A program made the position numbers and the translations under genes. Shown piece after piece: positions 19,350 through 28,620 of a stretch of 64,000 nucleotides of DNA. Positions within the stretch are counted from its first letter, which is position 1. Every line of letters begins with the position of its first letter. The stretch is from an uncultured Trueperaceae bacterium. Lineage in GTDB: Bacteria; Deinococcota; Deinococci; Deinococcales; Trueperaceae. The stretch is taken from NCBI GenBank assembly GCA_963727505.1, contig CAVSGP010000009.1:352001-416000 (forward strand), read 5' to 3'. A model generated the notes under the pieces. The model worked only from the letters and a program-made list of their open reading frames with translations, made no database searches and was not told the DNA's origin.

Positions 19350-20744
19350 TCAGCCGAGCAGACGCCCGAAGATGCGGAAACCCGCCAGGTACGTCCCGAT
19401 CGCCGAGCCGAGCGTGGCGAAGAGGAACACCAGGAAGGTGCGGGCCACGCGGTTGCGCCACCAGCCGCGAACCGTGGTGACGTCCTGTCGCAGCGTCGTG
19501 AAGTCGCCGATGTTGGGCTTGCGCAGCCACAGCTCCACCCCGGCCGCCACGAAGCCCGCCCCCACCAGGGGATTGAGCGACGTGAGCGGCGCCGCGAGCG
19601 CGGTCGCCACGATGGTCACGGGGTGCGCCAGCGCGATGAGGGCGCCGACAGCGGCGAGCCCGCCGTTGATCACGACCCAGTCGGCCAGCAGCGACAGGCC
19701 CAGCGAGGGGCTCCGCGCGAAGCCGAGCGCGAACCCGACCAGGACCACGGCCACGATGAGCCAGGGAACGATCTTGCCCCAGCGGCGGCCGCGGGGGACC
19801 TGGGCCAGCGCAGCGATGCGCTCGTCCGCCCCCTCCTGTGGGGGCTTCCGCAGCGTCTCGGCCACGCCCTGCAGGTGGCCGGCACCGAGCACCACGAGGA
19901 CGTTCGGGCGGCGTTCGGCATCCGCGAGCGCGGCCGCCTCGATCTCGAGACGGGCGGCGATGTAGTGGTCGCGTTCGGTGATCAGCGGTAGGTAGAGGCG
20001 CTCGCTGCGTTCGGCGAACTCGGTGAACGTCGCCTCGAGCATGTCGCCTTCCTTGAGGCGCTCGATCTCCTCCTCGCTGATCTCCTCGCGACTGAGGACG
20101 CTCGCGGCCAACCCCGCCAGGAGCGTCAGTCGTTGCCACCAGGGGACGTTGGCGTAGACGCGGCGCAGCGTCACGCCGATGTCGCGGTCAACCAGTTGCA
20201 GCGGAACGCCCGCGTCGCGCGCACCCTCGATGGCGGCCTTCATCTCGGCGCCGGGCTCGATGCCGAGCTGGTCCGCGAGCCGCTGCTGGAACGCGCCCAA
20301 CGCCAGGTTGGCCGCGACCATGCCGGCCTTGCCCTCACGGAAGACGCGGAACAGGTCCATCTTGGCCCAGCGGTCGGAGTCGGTCATGGCCGCGAAGCGG
20401 CCCGGGTCGAGCTCGATCGCCACGGCGTCGAAGCGGCCGCTGCGGGCCAGCGCGGCGACGACCTCCGCGCTGGAGCGCGACACGTGCGCCGTTCCCAGCA
20501 ACGTGAAGCGCACGCCGTGGGCGTCGACTTCCTGCACCGGCTGATCCCCCACGATGGCGCCGAGGCCGTCCGACACACCGGGGTCGGTCGCGTCTGTTTC
20601 CTTCGCGTTCGCGTTGCTCGCTGCGCGGTCGCCGCGGATCTCGCCGTCGGGAGCGGCAGCGGCTGGCGTATCTCCAGGAGCGTCGTCCTCGCGTGCGGCA
20701 TCGTGCGGTCCGGCGTCGGGACCGCCATCGGATCGAAGCGTCAT
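19350..20744 (-). CDS. TraB/PrgY/GumN family membrane protein
   Basis: LLGTAHVS, VAIELD, PGAEMKAA, LVDRDI, LITERD, VLGAGH; C-terminal TM region. Confidence 0.9.
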   Translation of the reverse strand: MTLRSDGGPDAGPHDAAREDDAPGDTPAAAAPDGEIRGDRAASNANAKETDATDPGVSDGLGAIVGDQPVQEVDAHGVRFTLLGTAHVSRSSAEVVAALARSGRFDAVAIELDPGRFAAMTDSDRWAKMDLFRVFREGKAGMVAANLALGAFQQRLADQLGIEPGAEMKAAIEGARDAGVPLQLVDRDIGVTLRRVYANVPWWQRLTLLAGLAASVLSREEISEEEIERLKEGDMLEATFTEFAERSERLYLPLITERDHYIAARLEIEAAALADAERRPNVLVVLGAGHLQGVAETLRKPPQEGADERIAALAQVPRGRRWGKIVPWLIVAVVLVGFALGFARSPSLGLSLLADWVVINGGLAAVGALIALAHPVTIVATALAAPLTSLNPLVGAGFVAAGVELWLRKPNIGDFTTLRQDVTTVRGWWRNRVARTFLVFLFATLGSAIGTYLAGFRIFGRLLG

Positions 20745-20817
20745 GGCGCGAGTGTACCCAACCGCAACGCCTGCAGCGCCATCCGACGGGACAGCGCCCC
20801 CCGACGGTGCCCGCGAA

Positions 20818-21858
20818 TCACGGCCGCGTCAAACGGCGTAGCGCGCTGATCTGCTCCACCGTCGCCATCACGAGCAGCCGGTCGCCGGTCTCGAGCACGA
20901 ACTCCGACTCCGGGTTCGGATGCGTGTCGTGGCCGCGGAAGACGGCCAGCACGCTTGCCCCGGTGCGCTGGCGCAGGTCGAGCTGCCGCAGCGTGCGGCC
21001 GGCGAGCTCGCTGCCCTCGGCCACCAGTTCCTCCTCGATGGAGAGCTCGCCTCTGCGCTCGCGCAGCGTGCCGTGCAGGAAGTCGACGGTGGCCGGACGC
21101 ACCACGGTGTTGGCGAGGCGCCGGCCCCCCAGCGTGTAGAGGTCGATGGCGCGGTCGGCGCCCGCCCGCTCCAGCTTCCGGACGGCGGCGGCGTCGTCGG
21201 CGCGCGCGACGATCGTCAGCTCGGCGTTGAGCGAACGCGCTGTCATCACCACGAAGGCGTTGGTGGCGTCGCTGTTCGTCGCCACCACCAGACCGCGGGC
21301 GCGTGCCAGGCCGGCTTCGAGCAGCACTTCCTCCTCGTCGCCATCGCCGATGACGAAGGGCACGCCGGCTTCGTGCAGAGCGCCAGCGACGGCGGGATCG
21401 GAGTCGACCACCACGTACGGCACGTGCTCGTGCGCCAGCTCCTCGGTCGAGCGCCGGCCCATGCGCCCGTAGCCGACCACCACGACGTGGCCGCTCATGG
21501 CCGCGATGCGTTGTCTCATCGTTCTCCTCCCCAGCGGGTCGCGCACCTGCTGTGCCACCAGGAACTCCATCACGGCCGCCAACAGGTAGAAGAGGCTGCC
21601 GATGCCGGCCACGGCGACCACGATGGCCACCACCCGCCCGACGGTGCCGAGCGGGTAGAGCTCGGCGTAGCCCACCGTCGTGACCGTGATGAACGTCATG
21701 TAGAGCGCGTCCATCCAGGAGGCCCCGAAGGGCCACCAGGTCACCTTGAAGGCGACCGTTCCGAGCAGCACCACGCCCCCGAAGAGCACCAGCGGGGTAC
21801 GGACGCGCGCCAGGAAGCGCCACCAGTCGGCCGTGCCCCCCACCGTGGGCGGCTTCAT
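20818..21858 (-). CDS. 2-TM potassium-channel-like protein with RCK_N and RCK_C (TrkA) domains
   Basis: Pore DALYMTFITVTTVGYAE; HVVVVGYGRMG Rossmann motif; TrkA_C LAGRTLRQLDLRQRTGASVLAV; start uncertain (may extend to 21912). Confidence 0.88.
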   Translation of the reverse strand: MKPPTVGGTADWWRFLARVRTPLVLFGGVVLLGTVAFKVTWWPFGASWMDALYMTFITVTTVGYAELYPLGTVGRVVAIVVAVAGIGSLFYLLAAVMEFLVAQQVRDPLGRRTMRQRIAAMSGHVVVVGYGRMGRRSTEELAHEHVPYVVVDSDPAVAGALHEAGVPFVIGDGDEEEVLLEAGLARARGLVVATNSDATNAFVVMTARSLNAELTIVARADDAAAVRKLERAGADRAIDLYTLGGRRLANTVVRPATVDFLHGTLRERRGELSIEEELVAEGSELAGRTLRQLDLRQRTGASVLAVFRGHDTHPNPESEFVLETGDRLLVMATVEQISALRRLTRP

Positions 21859-22005
21859 CGACGGAGACGAAGCAGGAGCGACGCGGGAGCGGACCTCGGC
21901 TCGCGGTGACAACGCACGGAACGACGGTGCGGGACGGACGGCCTCACGGGACCAGTATGGCAGGCGGGATGGGGCCGCCGCATGCGAAGCCGTGCCGGGG
22001 CGCCC

Positions 22006-22551
22006 TCAGGGCACCACGTCTTCGGACCGCCACCCCACTCCTTCGAGCGTCCAGATTCGGCGGCGCAACGGGGGGCCCAGCTCCAGGCGATCGCAGCGTT
22101 CCGGCGCCAGGCGCACCACCGCGAAGGCGGCCGGGGCCGGATCGTCGAGCGCGGGCACCGGCGGTTCCGTCGCGGAGACGGTGTGCAGGGGGACGCCGGG
22201 CTCTTCGGAGAAGAACAGCGCGCGGGTGTCGAGCGGTAGCGCGGTCCACACGGCGAGGGCGTGGGCGTCGTCGGCGCCGTGCAGGCGGGCTCGACCGAGC
22301 AGCCGGAGCTGTACGCCGACCTCGGGGCGCCACAGGCAGAGCTCGAGCCAGCCTCCGTTTCCCAATGGCGCCATCTTGGCGCTGCGTGCGTCGCTCGCGA
22401 ACGAGGGCGAGCCGTCCGCCCCCAGGTCGCGCAGCACCACGGTACGTACCTCGGGCCGACCGGCGGCCGAGACGGTGGCCGCCTGCGCCAGTGGGCGGCC
22501 GTGCGCCGCTTCGAACGCAGCCAGCAGATGGGGAAGGAACGGGGGCTTCAC
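22006..22551 (-). CDS. Pyridoxamine 5'-phosphate oxidase-like FMN-binding protein
   Basis: ATVSAAGRPEVRTVVLR, FASDARSAK, QLRLLG, DRLEL. Confidence 0.8.
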   Translation of the reverse strand: MKPPFLPHLLAAFEAAHGRPLAQAATVSAAGRPEVRTVVLRDLGADGSPSFASDARSAKMAPLGNGGWLELCLWRPEVGVQLRLLGRARLHGADDAHALAVWTALPLDTRALFFSEEPGVPLHTVSATEPPVPALDDPAPAAFAVVRLAPERCDRLELGPPLRRRIWTLEGVGWRSEDVVP

Positions 22552-22659
22552 GCTCGTCAGTGTCGCCCCCGGGCGCTCCGGTCGGCAAGGGACGACCCGC
22601 CCGGACGGGCCGCGGCGCCCGGAGGCCCGGCAGCCGGCCGCGACCGCCTACAATGGGGC

Positions 22660-22941
22660 ATGTCGAAGAAGAACCAACGACGCAAGGCCGAGCGCCGCAG
22701 CGTCGAAGATGCTCGCAAGATCACCGTGGGCAAGATGGTGCGGCTGTTGCTCAAGTCTCTCGTGTTCGCCGTCCTGCTCACGGCTGTCGTGATGATCCTG
22801 ACGATGCTGGGCGTGCCGGGGCTGGGCAGCTTCTGGGTCCAGATGCTGCTGGTGTTCGGCGCCTACTTGCTGGTCTACCCGATCCTGATGAGCGAGTTCC
22901 GGCCGGGCAAGAAGCGAAGGGACGTCGAGGAGGAGGCGTGA
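22660..22941 (+). CDS. Small 2-TM hypothetical membrane protein
   Basis: Basic N-terminus, two hydrophobic helices; TACAAT 5 nt before ATG; stop overlaps the kinase start (GTGA). Confidence 0.7.
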   Translation: MSKKNQRRKAERRSVEDARKITVGKMVRLLLKSLVFAVLLTAVVMILTMLGVPGLGSFWVQMLLVFGAYLLVYPILMSEFRPGKKRRDVEEEA

Positions 22942-24764
22942 TCCGCAGCGCCGGGGACGCGCCGCGCACCGAACATCCCGGCAGCCTCTACGATCAGGTC
23001 CGGCTGGCGAGGCTGTGGCTCCCGCTCACCATCGTCGGCGTGGTGCTGCTCCACCAGCTGGTGGTCGTGCCGCTGGGCGGCGAACGCTACCAGTTCTGGG
23101 CGCAGTTGCTTTTCTACAGCATCCTCGGTCCGCTCGCCACCTTCGCGACCCTCAACTGGATCGCCACCGAGGTCCGCCTGCGCGAGCAAGCGCAGGACGA
23201 GCTGGCCCGCCTGTTCGATCAACTTCGCAGCAGCCACGAGTTGCTCACCGCCATCCAGCAGGTCACCGAGCAGTTCGCGGCAGCGACCGACCTGGAGGCG
23301 GCGCTCACGGCGGCGTCGCGCGGCATCCGCGACGTCACCGGCGCGTCGGCGGTGGCGGTGCTGGTGGGCCCGACCGATCTCGGGGTCACCAGTGGGGCGG
23401 GCCTGACGCCCGAGTACGAGCGCGACGCGCTGGAGCGCGATCGCGGCTTGAGAGCGCGTCAGCGGCGCGGCGAGCGGACCCGCATCGGCGACCGCGAGGG
23501 CTGGGTGCTCACGATCCCGCTCACCTGGGGCGGGAACCTGGAGGGGTCGCTGCACGCCTACTACGACCTGGACCCCGACGACCGACAGCGCGAGGCCTTC
23601 TCGATCCTCGCCTCCGAGTTCTCCGCCGCGGCCGAGGCGACGCGTAGCCGCACCCGCGACCTGATGACGCTGTTCGACGTCGATCGCTCGATCCGCGCCG
23701 AGGGCAACCTCGAACGTCTCCTGCACACACTGCTCGCGCAGATGATGTGGCGTGTGGAGGCGCGTACCGGCGGTGTCTACCTGTTCGACGAGGGCAACCT
23801 GCTGCAGTTGCGTTCGGCCGAGGGCGCGGCCCAGACGGGCATCAGCGTTCCGGTGCGCCTCGGCGAGGGCCTGGTCGGGCGTAGCGCCCAGTCGCGCGAG
23901 CCGCGCATCGTCAGCCGTCTCTCGGATGCCGACCGTGCCGAAGGCGGTCCGCTGCTCGCCCGGGCGGGCAGCGCGGCGACGTTGCCCGTCTACGCCGAGG
24001 ACGGTCTGCTGGGAGTCGTGCTGCTCACCCACTCCGATCCCGATCACTTCGATGCCGCCAACCTGCCCTTCCTGGGGTTGCTCGCGAACCAGGTGAGCCT
24101 GGCGGTGCGCAACGCCAATGCCTACCTCCACTCCGAGGAGCTCGCGATCGCCGAGGAGCGCGCGCGCATCGCCCGCGAGATCCACGACGGCGTGGCGCAG
24201 TCGCTCGCCTTCGCAGCGCTCAAGCTCGACCTGGTGGCGCGGCTGATGGTGCGCGACCCGGCCAAGGCGGTGGGCGAGCTCGATGCCGCCAAGGACACCG
24301 TGCGTGAAACGATCAAGGAGGTGCGTCGGAGCATCTTCGCGCTCCGGCCCGTCGACCTGGAGCGCCACGGGTTCGTGGAGACCGTGCGGCGCTACGCCAT
24401 CGACTTCGGGCAGCAGAACGACGTCCACGTGCGGCTCGAGCTCGGCGAGCTGCCGGAACTCGGCATCAAGTCGGAGGCGGTGCTGTTCCGCATCTTCCAG
24501 GAGGCGATGAACAACGTCGCCAAGCACGCCGCGGCGCGCACCGTCGATGTCCGGGTCGGCGCCGACGGTGGACGCATGGCCTACATCCGTGTCGAGGACG
24601 ATGGCAGGGGATTCGATCCCGTGCAGGTGGGCGACCGCGTCACCAGCGCCGGGGGCCTGGGGCTGCGTCAGATGCGCGAGCGCGTGCAGGCGCGCGGTGG
24701 CCGCTTCGAGATCGAGAGCGAGCCGGGCCGCGGGACGCGCGTGCTGGCGGCGGTGCCCGAGTAG
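22938..24764 (+). CDS. GAF-domain sensor histidine kinase (HisKA_3)
   Basis: 2 N-terminal TMs, GAF regions, ERARIAREIHDGVAQ, QEAMNNVAKHA, EDDGRGF, GLGL. Confidence 0.92.
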   Translation: MIRSAGDAPRTEHPGSLYDQVRLARLWLPLTIVGVVLLHQLVVVPLGGERYQFWAQLLFYSILGPLATFATLNWIATEVRLREQAQDELARLFDQLRSSHELLTAIQQVTEQFAAATDLEAALTAASRGIRDVTGASAVAVLVGPTDLGVTSGAGLTPEYERDALERDRGLRARQRRGERTRIGDREGWVLTIPLTWGGNLEGSLHAYYDLDPDDRQREAFSILASEFSAAAEATRSRTRDLMTLFDVDRSIRAEGNLERLLHTLLAQMMWRVEARTGGVYLFDEGNLLQLRSAEGAAQTGISVPVRLGEGLVGRSAQSREPRIVSRLSDADRAEGGPLLARAGSAATLPVYAEDGLLGVVLLTHSDPDHFDAANLPFLGLLANQVSLAVRNANAYLHSEELAIAEERARIAREIHDGVAQSLAFAALKLDLVARLMVRDPAKAVGELDAAKDTVRETIKEVRRSIFALRPVDLERHGFVETVRRYAIDFGQQNDVHVRLELGELPELGIKSEAVLFRIFQEAMNNVAKHAAARTVDVRVGADGGRMAYIRVEDDGRGFDPVQVGDRVTSAGGLGLRQMRERVQARGGRFEIESEPGRGTRVLAAVPE

Positions 24765-24778
24765 CACCACCAACGACC

Positions 24779-24801
24779 GCGGCCGCCTCGAGGGCGGCCG
24801 C
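24779..24801. terminator. Hairpin between the convergent kinase and rpmE
   Basis: GCGGCCGCC-TCGAG-GGCGGCCGC. Confidence 0.55.
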
Positions 24802-24825
24802 TTCCAGCGGTCTCGTGAACGGGGG

Positions 24826-25050
24826 TTACTTCGCCTTGGCGCTCTTGCGGTAGCTGTCGCCGAAGCGCTTCTGGAACTTCTCGACGCGTCCTTCGGTGTC
24901 GATGAAGCGCTGCTGGCCCGTGTAGAAGGGATGATTGCCCGACCACACGTCGACGTGCAACTCCGGCTTGGTGCTGTAGGTCTCCAGCACGACCTTGCCT
25001 TCGCAGATCACCTTGCACGGCACCATCTTGGGGTGGATGTCCTTTTTCAT
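24826..25050 (-). CDS. rpmE: 50S ribosomal protein L31
   Basis: MKKDIHP...HPFYTGQQRFIDTEGRVEKFQKRFG. Confidence 0.97.
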   Translation of the reverse strand: MKKDIHPKMVPCKVICEGKVVLETYSTKPELHVDVWSGNHPFYTGQQRFIDTEGRVEKFQKRFGDSYRKSAKAK

Positions 25051-25138
25051 CGCTCGTCCTCCGCCCGGCGCCGGCCCTTCGGGGCGCCCGGGTTCGCTTC
25101 AAAGCCTAGCCACTGTAGCAGACGTGGGCGCTCCCTAG

Positions 25139-25576
25139 CTAGCCCGGGTCCGACGTGCCCGCGCCGTTCGCGTCCCTGAGCTGCCGCTTCACGCGCGCCA
25201 GGATGGCGCCCATCCCCCGCAACCGCAGCGGCGAGATGAGCTCGGCCAGGCCCATGGTCTCGTAGAAGTCGTCCGGCGTAGCCAGCACTTCCTCGACGCT
25301 CGCGCCGGACAGCCCCTCGTGCATCACCCCGGCGAAGCCGCGGGTGGTCGGGGCCTCTTCGGGGGCATCGAAGAACAGGCGAACGCCGTCGTCGGCCGCC
25401 TGCGCCTTGAGGAACAGAGGTGTCTGACATTCGTGGACGCGTTCGAGCTCCGCGTTCATGCCCTCGGGCAGGGGCGGGACCTTGCCGGCGTACTCCAACA
25501 GCAGGGGCAGCTTGAGGCTCTTCGGCGCCTTGCGGAAGGTATCGATGATCGACTGGAGGGGGGCAGGCACGCTCAC
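25139..25576 (-). CDS. sufE: SufE family Fe-S metabolism protein
   Basis: ERVHECQTPLF, APEEAPTTRGFAG, ISPLRLRGM. Confidence 0.88.
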   Translation of the reverse strand: MSVPAPLQSIIDTFRKAPKSLKLPLLLEYAGKVPPLPEGMNAELERVHECQTPLFLKAQAADDGVRLFFDAPEEAPTTRGFAGVMHEGLSGASVEEVLATPDDFYETMGLAELISPLRLRGMGAILARVKRQLRDANGAGTSDPG

Positions 25577-25670
25577 GCCTGCCAGCCTAGCCTCGCGAAC
25601 GCCCCGCCGACGTCGTCTGGGAGGGATCGACGGCGCGGAGAGCGTGCAGCCGGTGGTATCCTTCTGGACG

Positions 25671-26975
25671 ATGTCGACGCTGCCATCGATCGTGACTGTA
25701 GGACCGCAGGGGACCGTAGACGGCACCGTGCGCGTCCCGGGCTCGAAGAGCCTGACCAACCGCGCGCTCGTCATCGCTGCGCTCGCCGACGGTGCCAGCC
25801 GACTCGACGGGGCGCTCGTCGCGGAGGACTCGGAGGTCCTCCTCCGCGCCCTCAGCACCCTGGGCTTCCGGGTCGAGGCGCGCGGACCCCGCATCGTCGT
25901 CCAGGGCATGGGCGGTCGCGTGCCGGAGCGGTCGGCGGAACTCGATGTGCGCCTGTCGGGGACCAGCATGCGCTTCCTGACGGCGCTGGTGGCCCTGGGT
26001 CATGGGCGCTACCGGCTGGACGGCAACGCCCGCATGCGCGAGCGGCCCATCCAGGACCTGTTGAGCGCCCTGCGGGACCTCGGCGCCGACGCCGTCAGCG
26101 AGGCAGGGAACGGCTGTCCGCCGGTGGTGGTTCGCGCCGGTGGGCTACGCGGCGGCATCGTCACGGTCGAGGGAGGCAGAAGCTCGCAGTATCTCTCCGC
26201 CCTGTTGATGGTCGCGCCGTACGCCGACGCCGCAGTCACGCTGGAAGTCGCGGGCGAACTCCAGTCCAAGCCCTTCGTCGACATGACGCTGGCGCTGATG
26301 GGCGATTTCGGAGTAGAGGTCCGCCGCGAGGGCTACCACCGCTTCACGGTGACACCGGGTCGCTACCGGCCGCGCGACCTGGACATCGAGGGCGATGCCA
26401 TGGCCGCCGGCTACTTCTGGGGCGCTGCCGCGATCACGGGCGGGCGCGTGTGCGTGTCGAACCTTGGCAAGGGCACCCGGCAGGGGGACGCACGTTTCGC
26501 CGGAGTGCTGGCGGAAATGGGTTGTGAGGTGCGCTGGGGCGACGGCGGCTGTGAGGTGCGCGGCCCGCGGCCGGGACGGTTGCACGGCGGCACGTTCGAT
26601 CTCAACGACATGCCGGATCAGGCGCAGACGCTGGCCGCGGTGGCGCTCTTCGCCGACGCTCCGGTCCATATCCGGAACGTCTGGAACTTGCGCATCAAGG
26701 AGACCGATCGGCTGGCGGCGTTGACCACCGAGCTCCGTCGCCTGGGCGCCGAAGTGGAGGAGGAGGACGACAGCATCACGGTGCACCCGCTCGAACGCCC
26801 ACCCGCGGGCGACGTTGCGCTCGAGACCTACGGCGATCACCGCATGGCCATGGCGTTGGCCGTGGTCGGCGCGCGATTGCCGGGCGTGTCCATCCGGGAC
26901 CCGAGCTGCGTGGCCAAGACCTACCCTCGCTTCTTCGAGGAGTTCCTCGGGCTGCTCGCCGGAAGGCTATCATGA
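25671..26975 (+). CDS. aroA: 3-phosphoshikimate 1-carboxyvinyltransferase (EPSP synthase)
   Basis: VPGSKSLTNRAL, SGTSMRFL, SSQYLSALLM, RIKETDRL, DHRMAM, VAKTYPRF. Confidence 0.97.
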   Translation: MSTLPSIVTVGPQGTVDGTVRVPGSKSLTNRALVIAALADGASRLDGALVAEDSEVLLRALSTLGFRVEARGPRIVVQGMGGRVPERSAELDVRLSGTSMRFLTALVALGHGRYRLDGNARMRERPIQDLLSALRDLGADAVSEAGNGCPPVVVRAGGLRGGIVTVEGGRSSQYLSALLMVAPYADAAVTLEVAGELQSKPFVDMTLALMGDFGVEVRREGYHRFTVTPGRYRPRDLDIEGDAMAAGYFWGAAAITGGRVCVSNLGKGTRQGDARFAGVLAEMGCEVRWGDGGCEVRGPRPGRLHGGTFDLNDMPDQAQTLAAVALFADAPVHIRNVWNLRIKETDRLAALTTELRRLGAEVEEEDDSITVHPLERPPAGDVALETYGDHRMAMALAVVGARLPGVSIRDPSCVAKTYPRFFEEFLGLLAGRLS

Positions 26976-27004
26976 GCTTGCGGAGCGAAAGGGGAGGCGC
27001 CAGC

Positions 27005-27688
27005 ATGGTGGAGGCCGGCCCAGACGCCACAACCGAGGACCGCGGGTCCGGGCGCAGCGTGATCACGCTCGATGGACCGGCCGCGTCGGGCAAGTCGAGC
27101 GTGGCCCGCCTGGTGGCGGGACGCCTCGGCATCCCGTTCGTCTCCAGCGGCCTGCTCTACCGTGCCGCAACCTGGCTGGTGGAGGAGCTGGACGGCGACC
27201 CAGACGACGAGGGCGCAGTGTTGCGGATCCTCGTGGAGCGGCGCGTACGGCTCGTGCCGTCGCTGACGGGCGACCGCATCGTTTTGGACGGCCGCGACGT
27301 GACCGCTGCGCTCCACACCGACGCGGTGGACGCCGTGGTTTCGGTGGTGGCTCGCCATCCCGGAGTGCGGGGGTGGGTCACGGAGCGCCTGCGGGAGATC
27401 CCCGGGCCCTTCGTCATCGACGGACGTGACATGGGCACCGCTGTATTCCCGGACGCCCGCTTCAAGTTCTATCTGACGGCGCCCGCTGAGGTGCGTGCCC
27501 GGCGCCGGGTCGGCGAGCGCACGGCGGACCTGGCCTCGGTCGCCGACGCCATCGGACGGCGTGACCGGCTCGACGCGGCCCAGTCCGCACCGGCCGGCGA
27601 CGCTGTCCACGTCGAGACCGGCGAGCTCACGCTGGACCAGGTGGTGGACCGGGTCATGGAAGAGCTCTCCGGGGTGGGTGCGGCTTGA
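27005..27688 (+). CDS. cmk: Cytidylate kinase
   Basis: ITLDGPAASGKSS, SGLLYRA, DGRDMGTAVFPDA. Confidence 0.95.
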   Translation: MVEAGPDATTEDRGSGRSVITLDGPAASGKSSVARLVAGRLGIPFVSSGLLYRAATWLVEELDGDPDDEGAVLRILVERRVRLVPSLTGDRIVLDGRDVTAALHTDAVDAVVSVVARHPGVRGWVTERLREIPGPFVIDGRDMGTAVFPDARFKFYLTAPAEVRARRRVGERTADLASVADAIGRRDRLDAAQSAPAGDAVHVETGELTLDQVVDRVMEELSGVGAA

Positions 27689-28581
27689 GCTCCGAGCTGT
27701 CCACCACCGCCGGAAGGCCGTTCACCACGCCCGCCGCCAACCTGCAGCGTGCGATCGTGACCAGCACCCGTTTCAAGCCCGAGGCGCACGCGCTCGCCGG
27801 TGAGCTTGCCGACCGGCTCCGGGAGCTGGGCGCCGCCGTCGAGCTCGATCTCGACGGGACGATGCCGTTGGGCGAGCGTTCGAACGACGCCGACGTGGTG
27901 TTCTCGGTCGGAGGGGACGGCACGCTGCTCGGTGCCGCTCGGCGCCTGGTGGGGAGCGCGGCGCCCGTGGTCGGCGTGAACCTGGGTAAGCTCGGCTTCC
28001 TGGCAGAGTTCAGTGCCGACGAGGTCCGCGAGTACCTCGAGGGGCGTGCCCCGGACGACTGGCGCATCAATCCCCGCATCATGCTGCAGGTGTGGTTGAA
28101 CGGTGGCGGTGAGCCCACCTTCGCGCTCAACGACGTGGTGGTCTCGCAGGGGGTGGTGGCGCGCCTCGTCAACATCGCCATGGAGGTGGACGGCGCCCAC
28201 GCCATCCAGTACCGGGCCGACGGGTTGGTGGTGTCCACGCCGGTGGGGTCCACCGCCTACTCCTTGTCGTTGGGCGGACCGATCGTGAGCCAATCGTTGC
28301 GGGCGTTCGTGATCACTCCGCTGGCCCCGCACTCGCTCACCAACCGCCCCATCGTCGTCGAGGGCGGCGTGCTCGTGAGCTTCCGGGTGGAGAGCGACGC
28401 CCACGAGCTGGCCCTGGTGGTCGACGGTCAGGAGCGCATCGACCTTCGGCAAGGCGACCGCTTCACCATCGCGGCGGCGCCGACCGACCTGATGCTCGTG
28501 TCCTCGGGTCGGCACAGCTTCTTCGACATCTTGCGCTTCAAGCTCCGATGGGGCGCGCCCCCCCGCATGCGGGAGAGCTGA
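27685..28581 (+). CDS. nadK: NAD kinase
   Basis: GGDGTLL, NLGKLGFL, ALND, DGLVVSTPVGSTAYSLSLGGP. Confidence 0.95.
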   Translation: MSSELSTTAGRPFTTPAANLQRAIVTSTRFKPEAHALAGELADRLRELGAAVELDLDGTMPLGERSNDADVVFSVGGDGTLLGAARRLVGSAAPVVGVNLGKLGFLAEFSADEVREYLEGRAPDDWRINPRIMLQVWLNGGGEPTFALNDVVVSQGVVARLVNIAMEVDGAHAIQYRADGLVVSTPVGSTAYSLSLGGPIVSQSLRAFVITPLAPHSLTNRPIVVEGGVLVSFRVESDAHELALVVDGQERIDLRQGDRFTIAAAPTDLMLVSSGRHSFFDILRFKLRWGAPPRMRES

Positions 28582-28620
28582 GCCCGCGCGCATGCGCGCG
28601 GCGCCTCGGAAGTCCCTGCG

